Part shown: in pieces, positions 1-9,011 of the stretch
How positions within the stretch are numbered: the stretch's first letter is position 1
How the letters are laid out: each line of letters starts with the position of its first letter
Assembly (NCBI GenBank): GCA_964636085.1
Contig: CAZWPQ010000027.1
Coordinates: 8,340-25,221 of the forward strand
DNA length: 16,882 nucleotides
DNA from: an uncultured Nitrososphaerota archaeon
GTDB lineage: Archaea; Asgardarchaeota; Njordarchaeia; Njordarchaeales; Panguiarchaeaceae
Direction of reading: 5' to 3'
The notes under the pieces: model-generated
Told to the model about the DNA's origin: nothing
Database searches by the model: none
Seen by the model: only the letters and a program-made list of their open reading frames with translations
Translations under genes and position numbers: made by a program

Positions 1-233
1 TAGACCCAGATAATGACAGTTTAACAAATGTTGATGAGTATCACCACGGGACAAACCCACTTGACGATGACACCGATAATGATGGTATGCCAGATGGCTG
101 GGAAGCCACATATGGCCTCAACCCCCTAGAATCCAGCGATGCTAGCCTAGACCCAGATAATGACAGTTTAACAAATGTTGATGAGTATCACCACGGGACA
201 AATCCACTTGACGATGACACCGACGATGATGGT
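1..233 (+). repeat. Near-identical intragenic direct repeat: 1-86 vs 148-233, period 147 bp (49 codons)
   Basis: The 86-bp copies differ at only 3 positions (56/203, 77/224, 78/225). Copy 1 is cut by the window edge. Confidence 0.95.
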
Positions 234-593
234 CTCATTGACTGTTATGAGGTATTGATGGGGCTTGATCCTTTGGATGACGACACTGACGATGATGGTG
301 CTCTGGATGGTTGGGAGGTATCGCATAATTTTGATCCTCTCGATCCGACCGATGGGGCTGAGGATGCTGAGGGGGATGGACTGAGCAATAGTGAGGAGTG
401 TTATTATGGTACGGATCCATGGAATAATGATACTGATGGGGATGGTTTTACCGATTATGAAGAGATAAAGGCTGGGACTGATCCTCTTGACTATAATAGT
501 CATCCTATGCGGCTTAGTTATTTGTTAGTCGGCATAATAATTATTGGTGTTATATTAATAGTGCTGTTTATATTATTATACCGGAGGAGATAG
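3..593 (+). CDS. C-terminal part of a membrane-anchored surface protein with Ca-binding DxDxDG (thrombospondin type-3-like) repeats; 5' end lies outside the window
   Basis: The frame of ORF 87..593 is open back to position 3 (DPDNDSLTNVDEYHHGTNPLDDDTDNDGM...). It has repeated DTDxDGLxDxxE...GTxP units, a C-terminal hydrophobic helix (LLVGIIIIGVILIVLFILLY) and an RRR stop-transfer tail. Confidence 0.9.
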   Translation, partial: DPDNDSLTNVDEYHHGTNPLDDDTDNDGMPDGWEATYGLNPLESSDASLDPDNDSLTNVDEYHHGTNPLDDDTDDDGLIDCYEVLMGLDPLDDDTDDDGALDGWEVSHNFDPLDPTDGAEDAEGDGLSNSEECYYGTDPWNNDTDGDGFTDYEEIKAGTDPLDYNSHPMRLSYLLVGIIIIGVILIVLFILLYRRR

Positions 594-654
594 TATATCT
601 AGAAATCTTTTAATTCATTTTTGCTACTATTTTTGTCTTGGTGGTTGATTTCAT

Positions 655-2085
655 ATGGTGTCCGATTCGATGTGTAAAGATGTGCTAGAGAAATGCCTAT
701 ATATGCTTGATGAGACTAAGAGAATTGCGGATAGCATCTCTATGCAGTATTTGAAGGATGGAGCGCTCGGCGTTTTATCAAATGCGATGATAAAGATTGA
801 TAGACTACAGGAGGTTGAGTCTTTGATATCCTCTATATCCGATGATGCAATTCGTTCTCAGATACTTAGAGATTATGCATGTAAATTGGCTACAGTTGGT
901 AGAATCGATGATGCTTTGAACGTGATTAACAATATTGGAGAGGAAGAATATAAATTCATAGCACTCAAGGCGGTTATTGCCGGGCTTATTAGGAGGGGAG
1001 AAGTAGATAGAGCGCTTAGAGTGATCGATAGCTTGACTACTCCTAGTTTTAGGGACGAACTTCTCGCTACTGCTGCAAAAGTTGTTGCGTCACTGGGAGA
1101 TATAGATACATTATCTCGTATCATAAATGAGATTTCCAGTCCAACATACAAGGCATCAGCTATATCCCTAATGATAAGTATTTATTGTGCAAAGGGGGAG
1201 ATCGAAAAGGCTGTGGCTAAGTCGAATGAGGCTCTTGGCGCACTAAAAGAACTTAGCGATACTCTATATATGGATGAGAATAAAAGAACTTACGTTAAGG
1301 ACATTATTGCAATCATAAAAAAGTTGTTGGGGATAGAGTCGATAGCTATAAGCTTAGCTAATGCTGGCCTGTCGGATGAGTCAAGAAAGATGATTAATGA
1401 GATAATGAATATCATTGATAATATCCCTGAGAGGGACTATAGGCTCGATGCCCTTAGATCACTTATCAGGTATGCCTCAAGCACAGAGAGTAAGCTAAAC
1501 ATTGAGGATATCATAGAGAAGGCAAAAGCCGAGTACTCATCTATTACGAACCCATATATCATTGCTCAAACAATGAAGGAGATTGGAGTATACCTCTACA
1601 AGAGTGGGAGGAGAGAGGAGGGGGCAAACTTTTTAAGGAAGGCCGTCGATATGGCGGTCTCATTGAAGGAGTCATTCCACAGGGACTCGCTATTAAGAGA
1701 AATAGCTGAGGATAGTATCGGTGCTGGTTATCTAGAGATCATAGATAAAATAGTGGAGGAGCTCTCATCTCCAAGTACGCAGATCAAAATCCTCTGCAGA
1801 ATGGCAACAATGGCCTATAGGGTGGGTGATACTGAAAGGGCCTATAAGGCACTAGACGGGGCAATCGAAATTTCGGATAGAATCGTTGAACCAGTCTGGA
1901 GATCCAAGTCTATCGGAGACATCCTAGTAGCCCTTGCTGAACTAAGAGCATGCGAAAGAGTGCTTAAACTATTGGATAAATTCATTGAGACGATAAAGAC
2001 GATCGATAAGAATTATAGTCGAGCAACAATAATGTGCGAGATCGCAGCAGAAATCGCCAGTAGAATCAAAAAACATTCGACATAA
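655..2085 (+). CDS. TPR-like alpha-solenoid repeat protein, function unknown (476 aa)
   Basis: Recurring helical-hairpin pattern (AxxGxxDxALxxIxxI; AxxxAxxIxxxxxRxxxLxxIA) over the whole length. GGTGG SD-like motif upstream. Confidence 0.75.
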   Translation: MVSDSMCKDVLEKCLYMLDETKRIADSISMQYLKDGALGVLSNAMIKIDRLQEVESLISSISDDAIRSQILRDYACKLATVGRIDDALNVINNIGEEEYKFIALKAVIAGLIRRGEVDRALRVIDSLTTPSFRDELLATAAKVVASLGDIDTLSRIINEISSPTYKASAISLMISIYCAKGEIEKAVAKSNEALGALKELSDTLYMDENKRTYVKDIIAIIKKLLGIESIAISLANAGLSDESRKMINEIMNIIDNIPERDYRLDALRSLIRYASSTESKLNIEDIIEKAKAEYSSITNPYIIAQTMKEIGVYLYKSGRREEGANFLRKAVDMAVSLKESFHRDSLLREIAEDSIGAGYLEIIDKIVEELSSPSTQIKILCRMATMAYRVGDTERAYKALDGAIEISDRIVEPVWRSKSIGDILVALAELRACERVLKLLDKFIETIKTIDKNYSRATIMCEIAAEIASRIKKHST

Positions 2086-2175
2086 ATAACAACTATAATT
2101 AGGTAAATATTGTCTATATTATTTTTATTTAGTTGTTTTTTCAGTATATTTTATCCCTAGCCTAGGTGTCAATGA

Positions 2176-3978
2176 ATGGGTAAACTCATACCTTCTCTAG
2201 AAGACATAACTCCTGCAGAATTCCTGGCCTCGTTTAGGCATATAATAGATTTTAAAAAAAGGGTTGGGCTTAAACCCTATCTTGATAATCCCAAGGATCT
2301 CTTTGAGCGAGCAAAATTGTATGGAAACAAATATAACAACGGGTCTTGGGGTTGGGCATCGAATATATGGCATAGATCTGCAGCAAATACTGTCGTTGTA
2401 GATCGTGATACACAGCTCCTCATGGAGCATAAAGTATTATTGTTAAGGGTACTAGAACATATATTGGCACAAGGCCCATTAATAAAGATCGATGCGTATG
2501 TTGGAAAACCTGGCACAAGGGCTCAGATGCATGCGAGATTATGGTGCGACCCTCAGTTCCCAGATATCGCGTATAGATGGTCCCAACTATATTTTCCTGC
2601 TCCGCCTAACGAAGAACCTGACGTTGAAATATTCCATATTCCGCATTATTTAGGCAACCCACTGATCAGCGGTACTAATAAATTATTAATGGTGATGCGT
2701 TTCCCACACCACAATTTTACGATAATTACCTGTAGCTCTTATCAGGGAGAGACTAAAAAAGCCACGCTGGCGCATTGGATATACCACGTCTATAGGAAAG
2801 GTGGAACGGGGGAACATGCGTCTCTTAAGGAATTCACTATAAGGACTGTAGATGGGAAAAAGAAAAGAATAGTTATGTGTATTTGGGGTCTTACTGGTAC
2901 CGGAAAATCTACCCATGGTTTCTATATCTTCACGGAAAGGGTAGCGAAAAAATTTATAGAGAAATTTGGTGTAAATCCACTAGACTATGTGGGGGATCAA
3001 GTAATAAAGAATGATGACATCGTGGCCATATTTGATGACATTGTAATAGGATCAGAAAGAAATTCTTGGACAAAAACGGAGGATCTTTCCCCCGAACAAG
3101 AAGCAATGTGGCGAGGAGCCACTAGCCCTAGGGCCCTGCACGAGAACACAGAACCCGACGTAGATGGTAATCCAAGTTTTGAGGGCAAAGTATTCCAGTA
3201 TTTTGGAAAACCAAACAAAAATTCTAGAAGTGTTGTCTATCTCGAAGATACTGGTTATTTTGATGGGGACATTGCATCTAGTGGGCCCATTACAACTGCT
3301 GTGTTCCTAAGTCCCGGATATTTTACCGATTATGCATGGATAAAAGTTGAGGATCCAGCATTAGCCGCTAAGATCTATGCGGATGGAAGAACAATAGGCC
3401 ATCCAGCCCAATCTAAGGAAGTCATAGGCAGAATAAGATATGTTTCTCGCTTCTGTAAACCCTTCACAATAGGCGTTAGGGATACGGATCATGTTATTAG
3501 GTTCTATAATTATCTTAAGAAAAGACATGAACAAGGAGACCCGGTCGAGGTGTATGTATTGAATACGACTGGAAGAATCATTGCGAAATATGAATGGGTC
3601 GAAAAGAACCTAGATGGTAGGAAAATAATGGCTCCAGAACCAGTTCTTGTTGAAGTAAATGGAATACCCAAACCCGTGGGTGGTGCCCAACCGTCAATCG
3701 AGGAGACAGAATTATTCCTTCTACAGGCCACTAGGGGCGCAATAGAATGGATGCCTCATCCTGTCTGGGGCGAAAAAGTACTAATACCGAAAAGAATCCC
3801 GGGGCTTACAGAGAGAAGACTAAGAGAGTTATATCCCACAACCTATCTCTCAAAGGAAGAATTTAGGGCTCTATTAAAGGCACAAGTGGAAGAGAGCAAA
3901 TATTGGCTAGACATAAATTGTCCTGGGCTTAAGGAAGAGGCCCCAGAAATCTATTATGCTATGGATTTTGAGGATTAG
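2176..3978 (+). CDS. pckA: Phosphoenolpyruvate carboxykinase, divergent ATP-type family (600 aa)
   Basis: PEPCK motifs in the expected order: SYQGETKK (cf. YxGEMKK), GEHAS (metal His), P-loop GLTGTGKST (cf. GLSGTGKTT), NDD (kinase-2 DD), TKT, EN and NSRS. Directly upstream of eno. Confidence 0.8.
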   Translation: MGKLIPSLEDITPAEFLASFRHIIDFKKRVGLKPYLDNPKDLFERAKLYGNKYNNGSWGWASNIWHRSAANTVVVDRDTQLLMEHKVLLLRVLEHILAQGPLIKIDAYVGKPGTRAQMHARLWCDPQFPDIAYRWSQLYFPAPPNEEPDVEIFHIPHYLGNPLISGTNKLLMVMRFPHHNFTIITCSSYQGETKKATLAHWIYHVYRKGGTGEHASLKEFTIRTVDGKKKRIVMCIWGLTGTGKSTHGFYIFTERVAKKFIEKFGVNPLDYVGDQVIKNDDIVAIFDDIVIGSERNSWTKTEDLSPEQEAMWRGATSPRALHENTEPDVDGNPSFEGKVFQYFGKPNKNSRSVVYLEDTGYFDGDIASSGPITTAVFLSPGYFTDYAWIKVEDPALAAKIYADGRTIGHPAQSKEVIGRIRYVSRFCKPFTIGVRDTDHVIRFYNYLKKRHEQGDPVEVYVLNTTGRIIAKYEWVEKNLDGRKIMAPEPVLVEVNGIPKPVGGAQPSIEETELFLLQATRGAIEWMPHPVWGEKVLIPKRIPGLTERRLRELYPTTYLSKEEFRALLKAQVEESKYWLDINCPGLKEEAPEIYYAMDFED

Positions 3979-3988
3979 GTGATACATT

Positions 3989-5302
3989 ATGGAAATATAT
4001 ACATATATGCCAAGGAGAGAATTTATAATTAATCGCGTAAAGGGAAGAATGGTTCTTGATTCTAGGGGCAACCCAACAGTAGAGGTCGAGGTCACAACCA
4101 TTGGAGGTGGTTTCGGCAGAGCAATAGCACCATCGGGCGCTTCCGTGGGGAAATGGGAAGCCCTGGAGAAAAGGGACAAGAGTGATAGGAGATACAAGGG
4201 AAGAGGTGTCTATACAGCGGTGGATACTGTAAATAACATCATCGCAAACCTTATTAGGGGGATGGACTCTAGGGAACAAAGAAGGATTGATTATAAGATG
4301 ATTAATTATGACGGGACTGAAAACAAGAGTAAGCTTGGTGCTAACTCCATGATAGCCACATCACTAGCCGTTGCGAAGGCCTGCTCCAATACCCTAGGAA
4401 TACCCCTATTTAGGTATATAGGTGGGGTATCAGCAAATGTATTGCCAGTACCATTAATGAACATCATAAATGGAGGAAAACATGCAGGTAACGAGTTGGC
4501 TATTCAGGAATTCATGATTGTCCCAGTCGGTGCCGATAGATTTTCTGAGGCACTAAGGATAGGGTGTGAAGTCTATTATGAACTGAAGAATTACCTACGA
4601 GATAAATATGGTCTCTCCGCGATTAATGTTGGTGATGAGGGAGGTTTTTCTCCCCCTATGAGGAAGACGGAGGAAGCTTTGGATGCCCTGATAAGGGCCA
4701 TAGAGAAGGCAGGCTATACTACTGACGAAGTAAGAATAGCACTTGACTGTGCTGCAACTACATTTTACGATAGTGAAACAGGGACATATAAAATAGATGG
4801 AAAAACATTACAGAGAATGGAACTCGTGGACTTTTTGGTAGATTTATGTGATAGATATCCGATTATCTCAATCGAGGATCCACTGGAAGAGGAGGACTTC
4901 TATGGTTTCTCAGTTCTAAGGGAAAAACTCAAGAAAACAATCATAGTTGGTGATGATATATTTGTTACGAACCCAAAGAGGCTTAAAAAAGGAATAGAGA
5001 CAGGGTCCGCCGACGCTATATTGATTAAGCCTAATCAAATTGGCACACTTACAGAGACCCTAGACGTCGTAGCGCTAGCCAAGCAGAATGGATATAAAAT
5101 CATCATTAGCCATAGAAGTGGAGAAACCGAGGATACAACAATAGCAGACTTGGCGGTTGGTCTGTCCTCGGGAATAATAAAGACAGGTGCCCCAGCAAGA
5201 GGCGAAAGAACATCAAAGTACAATAGGCTTATAAGAATAGAAGATTCTCTAGGATCAGCATCAGTATTCCTAGGGGCTAAAGCCCTCGAAAAGAGGGGAT
5301 AA
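3989..5302 (+). CDS. eno: Enolase (phosphopyruvate hydratase)
   Basis: LDSRGNPTVEVEV, PSGAS, GGKHAGN, QEFM, GDEGG, EDP, GDD, IKPNQ, SHRSGETED and IKTGAPARGER are all present. AGGTGA SD upstream. Confidence 0.98.
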   Translation: MEIYTYMPRREFIINRVKGRMVLDSRGNPTVEVEVTTIGGGFGRAIAPSGASVGKWEALEKRDKSDRRYKGRGVYTAVDTVNNIIANLIRGMDSREQRRIDYKMINYDGTENKSKLGANSMIATSLAVAKACSNTLGIPLFRYIGGVSANVLPVPLMNIINGGKHAGNELAIQEFMIVPVGADRFSEALRIGCEVYYELKNYLRDKYGLSAINVGDEGGFSPPMRKTEEALDALIRAIEKAGYTTDEVRIALDCAATTFYDSETGTYKIDGKTLQRMELVDFLVDLCDRYPIISIEDPLEEEDFYGFSVLREKLKKTIIVGDDIFVTNPKRLKKGIETGSADAILIKPNQIGTLTETLDVVALAKQNGYKIIISHRSGETEDTTIADLAVGLSSGIIKTGAPARGERTSKYNRLIRIEDSLGSASVFLGAKALEKRG

Positions 5303-5304
5303 GG

Positions 5305-6591
5305 ATGAAGGTCATTTTAATAATTATTGATGGGCTTGGCGACGAATATATCAAGGATCTTGATGGGACACCACTTCAGTATGCATCAAAAAAATTTGTT
5401 GCACTGAACAAATTTGCGGAGGAGGGGCTATGTGGACTAATGCACCCCGTAGCACCAGGGATTCCACCATCCAGCGACATAGGCCACCTATCCATATTTG
5501 GCTATGATATCTCCAAGGAATATCCAGGCAGGGGCTACTTCGAGGCGGCAGGAGCAGGAATATTTTTAGGAAGCAATAGTATAGCATTTAGAGCTAATCT
5601 CGCAACAGTTAGAAAAGAGGGGAAGAGACTAATCATAGTAGACAGGAGAGCTGGCAGAATATCTGGTGATGACGCTTCCAAATTATATAAAGAACTAGAC
5701 ACAAGGCTTAAAGAACAGGGATTAGATGCAAAAGTACTACACACACTTGAACATAGGGGAGTCCTTATCATACGGGGAGATGATATAATAGGAGCAGTAA
5801 CCGACACAGATCCACATGAGGTAGGAGCCCCAGTATTAGCAGCAAGACCTTGGAATAACTTGGATAAGAGCCTTATAAAACATGCCGAAAAAGCAGCAGA
5901 AATAATAAATCAAATAACAAGACTTTCTTATGAAGCCTTAAATGATCATGAAATCAATAATAGAAGGAAAAAAGAAGGTAAACCCCCAGCGAACATAATA
6001 TTGGTAAGGGGTGGGGGCATAGCAAAACAAATACCTTCATTCAAAGAAAAATGGGGCTTTAGACCCGCATTCATAGCTGCAGGAGCACTTTATAAGGGTA
6101 TAGCGAGGGCACTGGGTATGAAAGAAATGAGTATTGAGGGAGCCACCGGTACGCCAAGCACTAACCTAGAGAACAAGGTTAATGCCTGTTTAGAGGCTCT
6201 AGAGCTTGGATATGACTTTGTTTTTCTCCATATAAAGGGAACAGACAATCTTTCCCATGATAAGAAGCCAAAAGAAAAGGCCGAATTTATACTGAGGATA
6301 GATCGGGCATTGGAACCAATAGCGAATCTCGACGATACATTGGTTGTTGTTACCAGCGATCATTCTACTTCAAGCATAAGAGGAAGACATATTGGGCTTC
6401 CAGTACCGGTTGTTTTCTGGTCCAAGAAAATTAGGAGAGACTCTGTTAAGTACTTCAACGAGATTGAGTGCAGCAAGGGAGGCCTAGGCACAATTATGGG
6501 CAAGGATATTATGCCAACTATACTGGATCTAACAGATAGATCTGTCGAACTTGGCACAAGACCAACAGGACCACCCTTAGATCTATTGTAG
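5305..6591 (+). CDS. apgM: 2,3-bisphosphoglycerate-independent phosphoglycerate mutase, archaeal ApgM type
   Basis: IIDGLGD, PSSDIGHLSIFGY (catalytic Ser), GRG, AFRAN, DRRAGRI, HIKGTDNLSHD and TSDHST metal-binding motifs. Starts 2 bp after the eno stop. Confidence 0.93.
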   Translation: MKVILIIIDGLGDEYIKDLDGTPLQYASKKFVALNKFAEEGLCGLMHPVAPGIPPSSDIGHLSIFGYDISKEYPGRGYFEAAGAGIFLGSNSIAFRANLATVRKEGKRLIIVDRRAGRISGDDASKLYKELDTRLKEQGLDAKVLHTLEHRGVLIIRGDDIIGAVTDTDPHEVGAPVLAARPWNNLDKSLIKHAEKAAEIINQITRLSYEALNDHEINNRRKKEGKPPANIILVRGGGIAKQIPSFKEKWGFRPAFIAAGALYKGIARALGMKEMSIEGATGTPSTNLENKVNACLEALELGYDFVFLHIKGTDNLSHDKKPKEKAEFILRIDRALEPIANLDDTLVVVTSDHSTSSIRGRHIGLPVPVVFWSKKIRRDSVKYFNEIECSKGGLGTIMGKDIMPTILDLTDRSVELGTRPTGPPLDLL

Positions 6592-6610
6592 AATGCTGAG
6601 GATGATATAA

Positions 6611-7018
6611 TTGCCATATAGGCTTGCGGTTGTTGATCCAGATAAATGTGTATGTTGCCAGTCATGCATGTATGCGTGCTCGAGACGTTTTGGGGACGGC
6701 GGGCTAAGTAAGTCCGCTATTCATGTGAGAAGTGTTGGTGGCTTTGAGAGAGGTTTTACGGTTATCGTGTGTAGAGCATGTAAAGATCCTCCATGTGCCT
6801 CTGTATGTCCAGTTAACGCGCTGATACGGAGAGAAGGCGGAGGGGTTATACTCAACTCTGACAAGTGTATAGGATGTGGAAGATGTGTTGATGCTTGCCC
6901 TATTGGTGCTGTATTTTGGGATGACGAGTTCGATAAACCTCTTATATGTTCCCACTGTGGATATTGTACAAATTATTGTCCGTATGGAGTTATAAAGCTT
7001 GAGGAGGTCAGTGACTAA
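6611..7018 (+). CDS. Four-[4Fe-4S] polyferredoxin subunit (DmsB/GorS-like), partner of the downstream oxidoreductase
   Basis: Four Cys motifs: CVCCQSCMYAC, CRACKDPPCASVCP, CIGCGRCVDACP, CSHCGYCTNYCP. TTG start with GAGGATGA upstream. Stop overlaps the next start (TAATG). Confidence 0.9.
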   Translation: MPYRLAVVDPDKCVCCQSCMYACSRRFGDGGLSKSAIHVRSVGGFERGFTVIVCRACKDPPCASVCPVNALIRREGGGVILNSDKCIGCGRCVDACPIGAVFWDDEFDKPLICSHCGYCTNYCPYGVIKLEEVSD

Positions 7019-8799
7019 TGGACAAGTATATAAACCGGGTACTATTTGTTGACCTATCAAGGAAAAAATATTGGATAGAAACAAGAGAAGATTTATTCTC
7101 CAAATGGATAGGTGGCGTAGGAGTTGCGGCACAACTCTACAAGGAACATATCCCAAAAAATATAGACCCCCTATCTCCAGAAAACACGATAATCCTCGCG
7201 GTAGGCCCCTTTGTTGGTTACTATCCCATGGCCTCCAAAACCGTCGCGGTATTTAAGAGTCCCTTAACTGGGAACTGGGGTGAGAGTCATTGTGGTGGTA
7301 GGAGTGCAATGGCCATAAGATTTGCGGGGTATGGAGCAATAGTTATTACTGGGGCCAGCGATATCCCTATATATCTAGTTGTTACGAGGAATAAGGTATT
7401 ATTTAGGGATGCTAGGTCTCTTTGGGGGATGGGTTCAGCCGTTACTGTAGGGAGAATAATTAGGGAAAATGTATGGAATGCTGGCCTTAGAACAATAATA
7501 CGTATCGGTAGGGCTGGAGAGAGGCTTATTAGATATGCTACAGCGATAACGGAGACATATAGACATTTTGGTAGACTTGGTCTTGGCGCGGTGATGGGTT
7601 CAAAGAGACTTAAGGCAATAGCGATAATAGGTAGAAGACTACGCTTAGAGACAAAGGATAAGACCTTGTATAGGAAAATCTATGACGAGATATTCAAGGT
7701 AGCTACCGAGACCCCAGCAATGAAAAAATATCATGAATTGGGAACAGCAATGAATATATTGCCACTACATGAATTAGGGGCACTACCCATAAAAAATCTC
7801 AAGGAAACAGCCCTCGAGAATGTTGAGAATATAAGTGGTGAATATATCGCTAGAAACTATCTTGGGAGGAGAGTGGCATGTGCCCATTGTCCAGTAGCCT
7901 GTATACATATAGCCATATGGAGGGAGGAGTATGAGGAGGAGCCATATTTCTACAAGACATCCAATACAGTCTATGATTATGAGCCCATATACTCGTTGGG
8001 ATCGATGCTGGGTATAACAGACACTGTTGGATTGCTAAAACTTATGCATAGGATAGATATATTGGGTTTGGATGCCATTAGTACGGGGGTTATTCTGGCA
8101 TGGATGACCGAGGCCCTTGAGATAGGAATAATAAGCGAGAAAGAAACCATAGTAGGGCTAAAATGGGGAGATTGGGGACAGTACATCAAGGCTGTAGAAT
8201 ACATCATTACACAACCAAACAAATTCTACAAGGACCTATCCATGGGGCTAGACCATGCATCAAGAATTTATGGGGGAGAGGACTTTGCGTTAGTATTCCA
8301 AGGCAACGAGATGCCTGGTTATCACACTGGCCCTGCCGCATATATCGGATATATTATAGGTGCGAGACACAGCCACCTTGATGGGGCAGGATACAGTCTC
8401 GACCGAAAAACCCTGGGTAGTCCCCTATCTCCAGAGGAACTCGTGGATAAATTAGTGGAGGAGGAAAAATGGAGACAGGTTCTTTCGAGCTTGGTTGTAT
8501 GTTTATTTGCAAGGAAGATATATACTGCCGAGATTATAGCCAAGGCCTTTAAGCCCCTGGGAGTTGACATAGATGAGAATGAGCTGCATAAAAAGGGAGA
8601 GGAAATATATATGGAGAAATATAGCCTAAAGATTAGGGACGGATATACACTCGACGATATCAAGATACCAAAAAGAATACTCGAGACACAATCACCACAT
8701 GGAACAATAGAGAAAGAATACATAGCAAGGGCCATAGATTACTTCAAAAGAAAAATAATTCATAAGGCGGTTCCAGATAATTCTCTGGAAGAAAATTAG
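7018..8799 (+). CDS. Aldehyde:ferredoxin oxidoreductase family (tungstopterin) catalytic subunit; probably GAP:ferredoxin oxidoreductase (GorL-like) by context
   Basis: AFOR motifs: VDLS, GGVG, KSPLTG...ESHCGG, IGRAGE, GRLGLGAVMGSKRLKAI, CAHCPVAC, DYE, GLDAIS, EMPGYH, GARH, VCLF. The family call is firm; the substrate is inferred from the eno/apgM neighbourhood. Confidence 0.88.
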   Translation: MDKYINRVLFVDLSRKKYWIETREDLFSKWIGGVGVAAQLYKEHIPKNIDPLSPENTIILAVGPFVGYYPMASKTVAVFKSPLTGNWGESHCGGRSAMAIRFAGYGAIVITGASDIPIYLVVTRNKVLFRDARSLWGMGSAVTVGRIIRENVWNAGLRTIIRIGRAGERLIRYATAITETYRHFGRLGLGAVMGSKRLKAIAIIGRRLRLETKDKTLYRKIYDEIFKVATETPAMKKYHELGTAMNILPLHELGALPIKNLKETALENVENISGEYIARNYLGRRVACAHCPVACIHIAIWREEYEEEPYFYKTSNTVYDYEPIYSLGSMLGITDTVGLLKLMHRIDILGLDAISTGVILAWMTEALEIGIISEKETIVGLKWGDWGQYIKAVEYIITQPNKFYKDLSMGLDHASRIYGGEDFALVFQGNEMPGYHTGPAAYIGYIIGARHSHLDGAGYSLDRKTLGSPLSPEELVDKLVEEEKWRQVLSSLVVCLFARKIYTAEIIAKAFKPLGVDIDENELHKKGEEIYMEKYSLKIRDGYTLDDIKIPKRILETQSPHGTIEKEYIARAIDYFKRKIIHKAVPDNSLEEN

Positions 8800-8810
8800 A
8801 ACAATTGATT

Positions 8811-8826
8811 AAAAAATTTTATTATC
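8811..8826 (+). promoter_or_regulatory. Putative archaeal BRE/TATA promoter for the 8862/8954 gene pair
   Basis: AAAAAA-TTTTATTA lies about 40 bp upstream of the 8862 start. Confidence 0.4.
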
Positions 8827-8861
8827 ACTTAAGGATATATTATAATTATGGGTGATGGCTA

Positions 8862-9011
8862 TTGGGAAAGAAGAGTTTTAGGGTATGGTTTCCACTAACT
8901 GTAGAAGTGGGATACAGAAGAGAAGTAGAGTTGCCCAAAGAGGTGATAGATAAGTGGCTATCTATGCAAAAATCACGATCAAAAAAGGAGAAACAAAAAA
9001 AGAGTACCTAG
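8862..9011 (+). CDS. Small basic protein (49 aa), AbrB/MazE-like N-terminal motif; not in the ORF track
   Basis: TTG start 6 bp after GGTGA (8851-8855). Translation MGKKSFRVWFPLTVEVGYRREVELPKEVIDKWLSMQKSRSKKEKQKKST. VEVGYRREVELPKEV resembles the AbrB VxxxGxIxIPKEI motif. Overlaps the next gene by 58 bp. Confidence 0.55.
   Translation: MGKKSFRVWFPLTVEVGYRREVELPKEVIDKWLSMQKSRSKKEKQKKST

Noticed and set aside
4130-4170. Enolase loop reads GASVGKWEA instead of GASTGxHEA
   Set aside because: All catalytic and metal-binding residues are present; this is most likely ordinary variation.
168-8735. Many antisense or alternate-frame ORFs of 60-150 aa overlapping the main genes
   Set aside because: They are shadows of well-supported + strand genes, with no motifs or independent signals.
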